Positions 1 through 8,505 of a DNA stretch of 64,000 bases are shown piece after piece. Under the pieces are notes generated by a model that was not told the DNA's origin, did not search any database, and saw nothing but the letters and a program-made list of their open reading frames with translations. Source of the stretch: an uncultured Nitrososphaerota archaeon (lineage in GTDB: Archaea; Korarchaeota; Korarchaeia; Korarchaeales; Korarchaeaceae); assembly GCA_964594835.1 (NCBI GenBank), contig CAZQNA010000003.1, positions 32,001-96,000 on the forward strand. Direction: 5' to 3'. Numbering within the stretch: position 1 is the first letter of the stretch; each line of letters starts with the position of its first letter. The translations under genes and the position numbers were made by a program.

Positions 1-103
1 GCCCGACCTCCTCCTCGGTGAGGTCGGCGAACTCAGAAACGGCTTCTAGCCTCTCCTCGATGGAGAGCCTGTAGAACCCAGGGATGCGGGAGGTCTTCGC
101 CAT
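1..103 (-). CDS. mvaA: Hydroxymethylglutaryl-CoA reductase, class II type (5' fragment, runs off window)
   Basis: Own translation from ATG at 103: MAKTSRIPGFYRLSIEERLEAVSEFADLTEEEVG, matching the SRIxGFYKLSxEERL N-terminus of class II HMG-CoA reductases; not in the ORF track. Confidence 0.75.
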   Translation of the reverse strand, partial: MAKTSRIPGFYRLSIEERLEAVSEFADLTEEEVG

Positions 104-207
104 CTTGTCCCCCGGGGGACCGGCTCTCCATCCCTAAAAAGGGGTCACCGCCAGGGCGAGCATCGGCCCCCACCGGGGCGGCGCCTCCCCGGGCCGCCAC
201 CCTGACC

Positions 208-858
208 CTAGCCCTCCTCCTGATCCCCCGCCTCCTCCCCCCCTTCACCCTCTCCCTCGCCCTCGCGACCTCCCTCGCGTCCGCTCCTCCTGAGGATGAC
301 CCTCGCCACGCTCCTGACGATCCTCTTGGAGACGGTGGGGATCCTCCCCTCCATGTAGGCCTCCTCGTCCAGGTGGCTTATCTTCCCGGAGACGACTCCC
401 CCCACGTCCACCCACCAGGCCTTGGATCCCTGTGGGTCCGGGAAGACGCTGGTAAGGCTGGCCACGACCCTGGCCTCGGGGGATATGGACTCCACCAGCT
501 CCTTCCAGGCCCTTGCCTGACCCCCATCCTCCCTCGTGCAGACCACCACGTACCTGGCGTACCTGACGATGTCCGTCTCCTCCTCCGAGAGCCTGGACCC
601 CTCCTCCAGCCTCCTCCCCCTGAGGCTCATCACGATGAAGTCCACGTCCCCCTCCCTTGCGGCAGACCTGAGGGCCTCCCTCAGCCAGGTGAGCCTCCCC
701 TCCCTTGCGGCCGACTCCATGTCAACGCCGAGGGTTATTGTTGCGCAACCTCTGGACTTCAGCTCGTTGCTCAGCATCTTGACCAGGACCCCCTTGCCCG
801 ACCGGGGCTCTCCAACCACCAGTACGACCTCCGCCCGTCCGGCGCGGCTGGCGCTCAT
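208..858 (-). CDS. P-loop protein with degenerate Walker motifs, resembling the ATPase domain associated with Csx3/Crn3
   Basis: VVLVVGEPRSGKGVL Walker A-like motif at the N-terminus; alpha/beta pattern; GGTGAT RBS upstream; family resemblance from memory only. Confidence 0.5.
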   Translation of the reverse strand: MSASRAGRAEVVLVVGEPRSGKGVLVKMLSNELKSRGCATITLGVDMESAAREGRLTWLREALRSAAREGDVDFIVMSLRGRRLEEGSRLSEEETDIVRYARYVVVCTREDGGQARAWKELVESISPEARVVASLTSVFPDPQGSKAWWVDVGGVVSGKISHLDEEAYMEGRIPTVSKRIVRSVARVILRRSGREGGREGEGEGEGGEEAGDQEEG

Positions 859-1184
859 CGAACCGGATCACCACCCTCGTAAGACCGGCGCTCACGTCTG
901 CGCCACACCAGAGAGTCCACCTCCTGACGCGGGTCGATCCGCCCGGCCTGGCGCCTCGCCCGGCCAACATTTAAGCGGATCTGTCTCCGGGCAGCGAGCG
1001 GTCGGCCCGCGGGCTGGCTTACGTCAGGACCGCAGCGAGTCCCCTCGATCCCGACGTGGACGTATATTGTTCCTGCGTGGGGCTCTCCGGGCAGCTGGGT
1101 TTCACCTCCGCTCCGAGGGGACCTCCTCGTCGGCCGACACCCGGAGCGGTAAAGAATTTTAGCAGGTCGCGCGGCGGGCGCCAT

Positions 1185-1424
1185 ATGCCCAAGTTCAAGG
1201 TGACCATCGACAGGGACCAGTGCATCAGCGACGGCGTGTGCTGGGCCCTCTGCCCCCAGGTCTTCGAGATGAACCCCGACGACGGGAAGTCCCAGATCGT
1301 CGAGGAGTATAAGACCGACGACATCGGGACCGGCGTCGTGCCAGAGGACCTGGCCGACTGCGTGAAGCAGGCCGCCGACGCCTGCCCGGTCCAGATAATA
1401 CACGTCGAGGAGGTGGAGGGCTGA
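1185..1424 (+). CDS. fdx: Monocluster [4Fe-4S]/[3Fe-4S] ferredoxin
   Basis: MPKFKVTIDRDQCISDGVCWALCP...AADACPVQII; CxxDxxC...CP motif as in Thermococcales ferredoxin; start moved to ATG 1185. Confidence 0.95.
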   Translation: MPKFKVTIDRDQCISDGVCWALCPQVFEMNPDDGKSQIVEEYKTDDIGTGVVPEDLADCVKQAADACPVQIIHVEEVEG

Positions 1425-1465
1425 GCCCCCAACCGGGGCTCACCCCCTTTCTTGCTTTTGCTTCC
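1423..1465 (+). terminator. Hairpin plus pyrimidine/T tract after ferredoxin
   Basis: GAGCCCC-CAACC-GGGGCTC stem-loop followed by CTTTCTTGCTTTTGCTT between convergent fdx and proC. Confidence 0.45.
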
Positions 1466-1480
1466 TCACCCTAGTGGCGT

Positions 1481-2326
1481 TCAGGGCTGAGACTGCCCGT
1501 TTATCAATCTGCTCAGGGCCTTTGCCCTCTCTGTGGCCGCCTCTACGGCCTTCATCACCGAGGACCTGACCCCGCCCTCCTCGATGTAGAAGATCCCCTC
1601 GATCGTCGTGCCCCCGGGAGTCACGACCATCTCCTTGAGCTGGGCCGGGTGGATCCCCTGCTCCAGCACCATCTTGGCGGCCCCGAGCATGGTCTGGGCG
1701 GCGGACTTCAGGGCCACATCCCTCGGCAGGCCGACCTTCAGCCCGGCGTACATGAGGGCCTCTATGAAGAGGGCGGCGTACGCGGGGCCGCTTCCGCTCA
1801 GGCCCGTCACGGCGTCCATCAGCTCCTCGTGGACCTCCTCGCAGGTCCCCATGCATCCGAACAGCTCTCTCACGAGCTTGATGTTCTCGTCGGTCACGCC
1901 AGGCCCCCGGCAGAAGGCCGTGAATGACTCCCTCACGGAGACGGCCAGGTTCGGCATGGCCCTGACGATCCTGGCCCCCGGGGCAGCCTTGGAGAGGGTG
2001 GACGTGCTCACAGCCGCCGCCAGGGAGATGAGGAGCTTCCCCCTGACCGCCTCCGAGATCTCTGAGGCCACTCTGGCGGCCTTGTGGGGCTTGATGGCCA
2101 GGATCACCAGGTCGGCCCAGTCGGCGGCCGCCACGTTGTCGGACGTGACCCAGATCCCCCTCTCCTCGAAGTGCCTGATCCTCTCCACCCTCCTCCTCGT
2201 GGCCGCGACGCGGTACCCGGCGTCGGCCAGGGCCAGGGCGACGGCCCCTCCTATGGCCCCGGCCCCGATCACCGCCACCTTGAGCCCCTCGGACGAGCGG
2301 ATCTCGGAGTCGCTGGAGTCGAGCAC
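1481..2326 (-). CDS. proC: Pyrroline-5-carboxylate reductase
   Basis: GAGAIG Rossmann motif, RAMPN, TGLSGSGPAY, VVTPGGTTIEG signature; start set to GTG 2326 behind a GGGGTGA RBS. Confidence 0.95.
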   Translation of the reverse strand: MLDSSDSEIRSSEGLKVAVIGAGAIGGAVALALADAGYRVAATRRRVERIRHFEERGIWVTSDNVAAADWADLVILAIKPHKAARVASEISEAVRGKLLISLAAAVSTSTLSKAAPGARIVRAMPNLAVSVRESFTAFCRGPGVTDENIKLVRELFGCMGTCEEVHEELMDAVTGLSGSGPAYAALFIEALMYAGLKVGLPRDVALKSAAQTMLGAAKMVLEQGIHPAQLKEMVVTPGGTTIEGIFYIEEGGVRSSVMKAVEAATERAKALSRLINGQSQP

Positions 2327-2372
2327 AACCCTCACCCCTCCCGGGGTATAAGAGGATTTCCCCGGGTTGGGT

Positions 2373-3287
2373 TCAGCGCCCGAACTCCAGGTGAACGTAC
2401 TCCGCCTCCACCACACCGCCGTGCCTCAGGTAGAGAGAGGCCCCTGGGGCCAGCCTGTCGAGATAGACAACCGTGTTCACGACCATCCTCTCGACGCCGA
2501 GCCCGGCGGCCCTCCTCAAGACATCCAGCAGCAGGGCCCTGCCTATCCCCCTCCCCCTGCGGTCTGCCCTGACGAAGACTCCGGCCAGCTGGCCTTCTCT
2601 CCCGCCGGCGTAGAACCCCGCGAGGCCGACCGCCTCCCCTCCCGACCGCGCCCCCACCCAGACGAGCCCGCCCCCCGGATCGAGCCATCCCCGACAGGCG
2701 GACAGGAGAGCCTCTCTACCCCCCATGTCGTCGACGAACCAGTCCCAGTGGGGGTGGAGGGCGTCGACGAGGAGGGAGGACATCTCCCCCACGTCGTCTG
2801 AGGTCAGGGGCGCCAGCTCCATCCCCTCCGGGGCGCCCAGCTCCTCATCTACTCTTAGGGGGTCCCAGACCACCCTCAGGATCCTCCTGATCGGCCTGAA
2901 ACCCTTCCTCTCGTAGGCGGACACCAGGTAGTCGAATGGAATGGTGCTGCCCCTCACGAGCGCCGGCTTCAGCGGCAGTATCCTCCTGAGACCTTCCTCA
3001 ATCAGAGTCTCCTCGATCCCGCGCCCCCGTAGGGGCGGCGGGACGGAGAGATCACGGAACTCCCACCGGTTCCCGGACGGCAGCCTTTGGATCCAGAGGC
3101 AACCGGCCGGGGTACCGTTCAGTTCGGCCAGCAGGAGGTGAGAGGAGGCGCCCTCCCCAGACTCCATGATCCTCCTGAGCTCCTCCGGGGTCCTCCTCTC
3201 AAGCCCGCCAAACGTGCGGTCGAGCAGGTCAAGCCATACATCCGCGTCCCTCAGGGGCTTTACCTCGATCAAGTGGCTCGGCCCCAC
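2373..3287 (-). CDS. Tandem GNAT-family acetyltransferase
   Basis: Two acetyl-CoA motif A segments: VPPPLRGRGIE and VRADRRGRGIGRAL; ASLYLRHG motif B. Confidence 0.85.
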   Translation of the reverse strand: MGPSHLIEVKPLRDADVWLDLLDRTFGGLERRTPEELRRIMESGEGASSHLLLAELNGTPAGCLWIQRLPSGNRWEFRDLSVPPPLRGRGIEETLIEEGLRRILPLKPALVRGSTIPFDYLVSAYERKGFRPIRRILRVVWDPLRVDEELGAPEGMELAPLTSDDVGEMSSLLVDALHPHWDWFVDDMGGREALLSACRGWLDPGGGLVWVGARSGGEAVGLAGFYAGGREGQLAGVFVRADRRGRGIGRALLLDVLRRAAGLGVERMVVNTVVYLDRLAPGASLYLRHGGVVEAEYVHLEFGR

Positions 3288-3358
3288 CAGCTGCCCGTGG
3301 GGACGTATTAACCTCTGAACCAGCGGTCGACGTGTTTCATAGTAGTAAATTTAAAGTA

Positions 3359-3375
3359 GAAGTTATTTAAACTTC
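3359..3375 (+). promoter_or_regulatory. Palindromic operator in the TA promoter (probable antitoxin autoregulation site)
   Basis: GAAGTT-ATTTA-AACTTC perfect inverted repeat 10 bp upstream of the antitoxin ATG, in an AT-rich promoter. Confidence 0.55.
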
Positions 3376-3385
3376 ATACTAGAAG

Positions 3386-3616
3386 ATGCCGAGGGTCAAG
3401 GTCACAAGGAACTACCAAGTGACGATTCCGAGGGAGATTAGAGAGAGGGTGGGGCTGCGCGAGGGAGACTACCTAGAGGTGTCACTCGACCGTCAGGGGA
3501 GGATCGTGATGAGGAGGGTTAAGCCAACCCGGAGAACCCTCAGGTCGGGGAGGAAACTCACTCCAGAGGAGATCGAGAGGCTCATCGAGTCTGGTATGAG
3601 GGGGGCCCTGCCGTGA
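3386..3616 (+). CDS. vapB: AbrB/MazE/SpoVT-family antitoxin (VapB-like)
   Basis: KVTRNYQVTIPREIRERVGLREGDYLEV is a typical AbrB fold; overlaps the PIN gene by 4 bp. Confidence 0.9.
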   Translation: MPRVKVTRNYQVTIPREIRERVGLREGDYLEVSLDRQGRIVMRRVKPTRRTLRSGRKLTPEEIERLIESGMRGALP

Positions 3617-4026
3617 GGGCTGTTCTGGACACAAACGTCCTTGTCTACGACACGTTCGAGGATTCCGTCTTCCACGACGAGGCCAGGCGCCTCCTGGATT
3701 CCCTGGACGTGTGGGTGATACCCGTCATCGTGCTCTACGAGTACGTGTGGCTGATGAGGAGCCTTGACATCGATCTAGCTGACCTGGCCGAGAAGGTGTG
3801 GGAGTACGCCTGGGACCACAGGGCCCGGGTAGTGTCGGGCGGGAGGGAGGCCGTCAGGTGGGCGCTGGCGGTCCTCAGAGAGGAGGGGCGCCCCCTCTCG
3901 AGATTCAACGACAAAGTCGTGCTAGCCGTGGCTCAGAGCGAGGGGCTCCCCCTCGCCTCATTCGACGAGAGGCTGCGGAGGCAGGCCAGGAGGCTGGATA
4001 CGAGGGTCCTGCCCGAGGCCCTCTAA
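3613..4026 (+). CDS. vapC: PIN-domain toxin (VapC)
   Basis: AVLDTNVL...E...ND...LASFD acidic PIN catalytic motifs. Confidence 0.9.
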   Translation: MRAVLDTNVLVYDTFEDSVFHDEARRLLDSLDVWVIPVIVLYEYVWLMRSLDIDLADLAEKVWEYAWDHRARVVSGGREAVRWALAVLREEGRPLSRFNDKVVLAVAQSEGLPLASFDERLRRQARRLDTRVLPEAL

Positions 4027-4133
4027 GACCCAGCGACCGCGTGGGTCATGAGGGCCCCGCGTGATGACCCCAAGACGTGGGTGAGTGAATGAAAGAAGGA
4101 AGGAAGGGGTTAGGTGCCGGGGAAAAGGGGCGC

Positions 4134-6005
4134 CTACTCGCTCAACTCAACTCCGGCCCTCTCCAACCCTTCAATCACGTAGTCGAGGCCAAACTCCTTT
4201 AGCGTGGACCTCTTGGGTATCCCACGCTCATCCCATCCCCTGATCTCGTAGTAGTAGCCGAGGAGCTGGTCGTAGATTCCCCTGTCGAGCTTCTGCCCCG
4301 CGTACGGCCCCACGGTGAGCGGGTGCTCGAACCACCTGTCGGGCGGGTAGTCCATCCCCCTGTCCCAGCTCGGGTTCTCACGCACCCAGAAAGCCCTGAC
4401 CAGGTTGTAGATCCTGTCCGCGATCCTCTTCAGGTCGTCCCACTTGAACTCCAGCCCCGTGGCGGCAAGCAGGTACTTCTCGTACCACTCCAGGTCGAAG
4501 CCCAGCTCGATCCACGGGAGCCTGCAGGTCACGGCCGCCTCGAAGAAGCCGCCCCTTATCCTCTGCATCTCGATCAGGCTCTCAACCTTCTCCCTGCTGA
4601 CTATCTCCCTGCCCATCTTTAGCTCCCAGGAGATGAACCAGGCGTCCTTGTGGTGGGCGCCTATCGGGCTGGTCCCGTAGGCCAGGGCCATCCCGGGGAG
4701 GGTGTGGCAGTCGTACGCGGAGATCTCCAGGCCCTTGACGTGCATGGCGAACTTCTCCGCCTCCGGGCCGAGTCCCTTCGCCAGGCTGGCGGTGCCCTCG
4801 GCCATGGCGTCGCCGAACCCCCTCCTCTCGGCCAGCATCTCCGCCAGCCTGAGCATGGCCTCTCCGTCGCCCCACTTGGGCCTGACCCCATCCAGCTTGG
4901 CGTCCGAGATCATGCCCAGCTCGTAGGCCTCAGTGACGAACGCGAGGACGCTCCCCACGGATATGGTGTCGATGCCCTGCTCGTCGGCAAACAGGTTGAG
5001 AGTGAGCACCCAGTTCATGTCGTCGATCCCCAGGTTTGAGCCCAGCATGGCGCAGTTCTCGTAATCCAGCTCGGTCCTCTTCCCGGAGAACGGTCCGGCC
5101 TTGATCTCGTTGACCATGCCGCAGACCATGTTGCAGTTGGGGCAGCCCTTCTGGGCCACCTTGAACTCCTTCTCCATGGTGAGTCCGCTGATCCCCTCCC
5201 AGCCGTCGAACACGCCCTCCCTGAAGTTGAACGTCGGGAGGGTGCCGTTCTTCTGGCACCACTCCACCGTCATCATGGTGCCCTGCCTCATCCAGAAGGC
5301 GTAGGCGTCGGAGTCCCTCACGGCCAGGTACCCCTGCCTGCCCAGCTCCAGGAGTTCGTCCCTCCTGGCCGCCGGGATCTCCTTGGTTCCCCTGACCACG
5401 ACGGCCTTCAGGTTCTTGGATCCCATCACGGCCCCCATGCCGGGCCTGCCGCCGGCCCTGCCGTGCTCGGAGGTGATCACGGCGAACTTGATCAGCCTCT
5501 CCCCGCCGGGCCCTATGGTGAGGATCCCGGCTCCGGGGTACCTCTCCTCCAGGGCGTCCTGGGCCTCCTCGGCGCTCTTGCCCCAGAGGTCTCCCGCCCC
5601 CTCGAGCCTCACGTCCTCGTCCTCTATCACCAGCACGCTCGGCTGTGGGGCCCTCCCCTGTATCACCAACACGTCGTATCCCGCCTTCTTCAGCTGAACG
5701 GAGGCCTTGGTGCCGACGTTCCCGTCTCCGTAGCCGCCCGTGAGCGGCGACTTCGCCGCCACGACCAGCTTTCCGCTGCTGGGGAGGAGGAGGCCCGTCA
5801 GCGGTCCGGTGGCCAGGATCAGCCTGTTCTCGGGAGACACGGGATCGGTCCCCGGCTCCAGCTCGTCCCACAGGATCTTGGCCGCGAACCCCCTCCCGCC
5901 GAGGAGTTCCACGGCCACCTTTGGGCTGAGGTCTTGAACGGAGTGCTTACCCCTCTCCAGATCGACCCTGAGTATCCGACCGGTCCAGCCTCCGGAGATC
6001 CTCAT
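4134..6005 (-). CDS. for: Tungsten-dependent aldehyde:ferredoxin oxidoreductase, FOR-like
   Basis: GRILRVDL, KSPLTG, GRPGMGAVMGSKNLKA, CPNCNMVC, DYEN, ALAYGTSPIGAHHKDAW (FOR-type), YYEIRGWD. Confidence 0.93.
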   Translation of the reverse strand: MRISGGWTGRILRVDLERGKHSVQDLSPKVAVELLGGRGFAAKILWDELEPGTDPVSPENRLILATGPLTGLLLPSSGKLVVAAKSPLTGGYGDGNVGTKASVQLKKAGYDVLVIQGRAPQPSVLVIEDEDVRLEGAGDLWGKSAEEAQDALEERYPGAGILTIGPGGERLIKFAVITSEHGRAGGRPGMGAVMGSKNLKAVVVRGTKEIPAARRDELLELGRQGYLAVRDSDAYAFWMRQGTMMTVEWCQKNGTLPTFNFREGVFDGWEGISGLTMEKEFKVAQKGCPNCNMVCGMVNEIKAGPFSGKRTELDYENCAMLGSNLGIDDMNWVLTLNLFADEQGIDTISVGSVLAFVTEAYELGMISDAKLDGVRPKWGDGEAMLRLAEMLAERRGFGDAMAEGTASLAKGLGPEAEKFAMHVKGLEISAYDCHTLPGMALAYGTSPIGAHHKDAWFISWELKMGREIVSREKVESLIEMQRIRGGFFEAAVTCRLPWIELGFDLEWYEKYLLAATGLEFKWDDLKRIADRIYNLVRAFWVRENPSWDRGMDYPPDRWFEHPLTVGPYAGQKLDRGIYDQLLGYYYEIRGWDERGIPKRSTLKEFGLDYVIEGLERAGVELSE

Positions 6006-6113
6006 GGGAACCGACCGATCCGTCCAGAGTGTAAAAGATATAAACCTCCATTTTCGGCCCGCCGGGAGAGGGAAGCCCCGGTCCTGGGGCCGGGACCCGG
6101 CCGGCCGCCCATC

Positions 6114-7061
6114 TCAGGCCCCCTCGCCGAGCCCCGGCTCGCGACGGGACCCGACCCTGGAGAGGCTGAGGTCCTGGACCAGGACGACCTCCCCCTCCGA
6201 CAGGGGCTCCTCGCCCCCGGGAGACCACAGGCCTCCGACCAGACGGGCGAGCACCCTGAGCCCCATCCCCTCCAGCTGGCCGGGGGTGGCGCCGACGAGC
6301 CTGCCGGTCACGCGGACCGGCGAGGGGATGGGGGCCGAGCCTTCGACGTCCAGCTCGGCGGCGACCGCGAACAGGTCCGAGGATATCTCGCTGGTGCTGA
6401 GGGTCACGTCCGCCGCGCCCCCTGACCTCAGGAGCTCGCCTACCTCGCTCCTGAATGTCCTGACCACGATCCTGAGCCGCGGGTTCATCTTCCTGGCCCT
6501 CTCAGCTATGGTCGCGTTGGTCAGGTCGTCGTCGACGGTGACCAGGAGGACCCTCGCCCTCGGGACGCCGGCCCTCTCCAGGGCCGGGCCCGTGGTGGCG
6601 TCTCCGAACACCACCCTGACGCCCCGCCCCCTGAGCTCCTCTATGGCCTCGTTCCTCTCTCTGTCGGAGGGCAGGACCAGGGCCACGACGTCCACTCCGG
6701 CCCGCCTGAGGTCTCTGGCTACCCTCCTCCCGAGGTGACCCAGGCCAACCACCACCGCGTGCCCCTCCATAGCCCTCACCTTGATCTCCGTCCTGGCGTC
6801 GCGGTCGAGGCTCGCGACCTCCACGAAGCCGAGGACCGGCACCATCCTCAGCGAGAAGAAGGAGATCCAGATGAGCCACTCGTGCAGGCCCTGCGGGGCC
6901 CTGATCTCCTCCGCCAGTTCGAAGACCCCCTGGAGGCTCTCTCCCCCGACGTAGGCCGAGACCGCCGCGACCAGCGTCATGACCCCCACGAAGGCCAGGG
7001 TGGTCCTCAGGGCCTGCGAGTAGGCGACGATGGTCCTGACCGCCAGACGGAGCCCCCTCAT
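6114..7061 (-). CDS. Membrane protein with TrkA-N/RCK (KTN) NAD-binding domain
   Basis: Two N-terminal hydrophobic segments, then HAVVVGLGHLGRRVA, VVFGDAT, TVDDDLTN, NPRLRIVVR; no TVGYG filter visible. Confidence 0.8.
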   Translation of the reverse strand: MRGLRLAVRTIVAYSQALRTTLAFVGVMTLVAAVSAYVGGESLQGVFELAEEIRAPQGLHEWLIWISFFSLRMVPVLGFVEVASLDRDARTEIKVRAMEGHAVVVGLGHLGRRVARDLRRAGVDVVALVLPSDRERNEAIEELRGRGVRVVFGDATTGPALERAGVPRARVLLVTVDDDLTNATIAERARKMNPRLRIVVRTFRSEVGELLRSGGAADVTLSTSEISSDLFAVAAELDVEGSAPIPSPVRVTGRLVGATPGQLEGMGLRVLARLVGGLWSPGGEEPLSEGEVVLVQDLSLSRVGSRREPGLGEGA

Positions 7062-7235
7062 GTGGGTGAGACCACCAGGGCCCGGGGCTCCCGGATGGAG
7101 TTAACTGTTAACCGCCTCCTTGGGTGACAGGGGGTCCGAAGGTCCCGACCGCCAAGAGGAGCCCCAGCCAGCCTCGGTCGAGGCCCCGCTGGGCCGCCAG
7201 AGTTTATATCGTAATCGCGCCGGCTCCCCGGCGCG

Positions 7236-8216
7236 ATGGAGCGTCTGTCCATCTTCATCCTCCTCTCCCTCGCCGCGATCTTGGTCCTCGGCGCCGCGGC
7301 CGCGACTACGGCGTCGGACGGCGTTCAGTTCTCGATCACCTGGCACTTCAAGCAGTGGGCCGAGGATCAGGCGGGAGATCCCGTCTGGGTCTACCAGCCG
7401 GGAGAGATCGCCGTGGTGGAGCTGAACCTCACGAACGAGTGTGAACTCACCTTCGAGGTGCGCAGCGTCCGGCTCAAGGCCGAGTGGGCCCCCGAGGAGG
7501 CCTCAACCTTGAGCCTCCCGAACCCGGTCAGGGTGGCCCCCGGCGAGACGGTCAGGCTTGGGAAGATCTCCCTCAGGATTCCGAGAGACCTGCGCCCGGG
7601 GGCCTACTACTACGAGTTTGAGGTGGAGACGGCGAGCCCGGGGGGCGACGGCTGGCAGGTCGAGAGCTGGACGTTGGAGGGATACCGGAACCTCCTGATT
7701 GTTCCCAGCAGGGTCGAGTTGGACATCGACTACGACCTCGAGAAGGGGTTCCTAGTGAGGGCCGGAGGGGAGGCCAGGTTCCAGGTCCACCTGACCAACG
7801 AGGGGTCCAAGACCGCTACGGTCGAGTACGTCAGGATCTACCCGGGCTGGCCAGGCGAGGCCTACGAGGGTGAGTTCTTCAACTGCCTCCGGCCGGGTGA
7901 GGAGCCCGTCCTGGAGCCGGGCCAGGAGATCGAGTTGATGTGCAGGATCCCCATACCCCCCGACCTCCCCGAGGGGAAGTACAACTCCAATCTGGAGGTG
8001 GCCACCAGGGCCGAGTACCTCGGGGGGACCTACAAGGAGTACTGGGTGCCGGACTACTACGTGGACTACCAGATCTTGAAGCCGGAGTCCTTCCTCGAGA
8101 AGTACAAGGAGGCGCTTGGAGTGCTCACCGCCACGGCCTCCGCGATCTCTGTGATTATCGGGGTCTACAAGAAGTGGAAGGGGGGAGGCCCAAAGGAGAG
8201 GGAGAAGGGGGATTGA
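7236..8216 (+). CDS. Secreted, C-terminally anchored protein with two Ig-like beta-sandwich domains
   Basis: Signal peptide; two repeats of LTN...V/LxPGE...IP.DL..G.Y; C-terminal TM followed by KKWK; TTTATAT TATA upstream. Confidence 0.7.
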   Translation: MERLSIFILLSLAAILVLGAAAATTASDGVQFSITWHFKQWAEDQAGDPVWVYQPGEIAVVELNLTNECELTFEVRSVRLKAEWAPEEASTLSLPNPVRVAPGETVRLGKISLRIPRDLRPGAYYYEFEVETASPGGDGWQVESWTLEGYRNLLIVPSRVELDIDYDLEKGFLVRAGGEARFQVHLTNEGSKTATVEYVRIYPGWPGEAYEGEFFNCLRPGEEPVLEPGQEIELMCRIPIPPDLPEGKYNSNLEVATRAEYLGGTYKEYWVPDYYVDYQILKPESFLEKYKEALGVLTATASAISVIIGVYKKWKGGGPKEREKGD

Positions 8217-8244
8217 GGGGATTCGGCCGCGGCCGAATCCCCTC
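8215..8244. repeat. Perfect 30-bp palindrome at the gene end
   Basis: GAGGGGATTCGGCCG|CGGCCGAATCCCCTC is self-complementary with no spacer. Confidence 0.9.
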
Positions 8245-8505
8245 CGCCTAAGCGCACCTCCTCCCGCTTCAAGGGGCGAACTCCTGAATGCCGGGCCTCC
8301 CTCGGGTCAAGACGGAGAGTCTGATGCCACGCCAGCCTGATCGCACCCCTCCCTCTCACTAGACCTCGCCGCTCCCCACTCCACGGTCCCCTAGATCTCG
8401 AGCGGCAGACCGCCGACTGGCTGAGTCCGCCGCTCACGAATTGAACTTCGACCGGGATCGCAGTAAACGCTCGGGGTTTATTACGCTCGTGGAAGGACGG
8501 TTTGA

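Noticed and set aside
860-1180. Small gene or RNA in the 320-bp gap between the P-loop gene and ferredoxin
   Set aside because: No convincing ORF or RNA motif; consistent with divergent promoters (TTTAAG, AATTTTA boxes)
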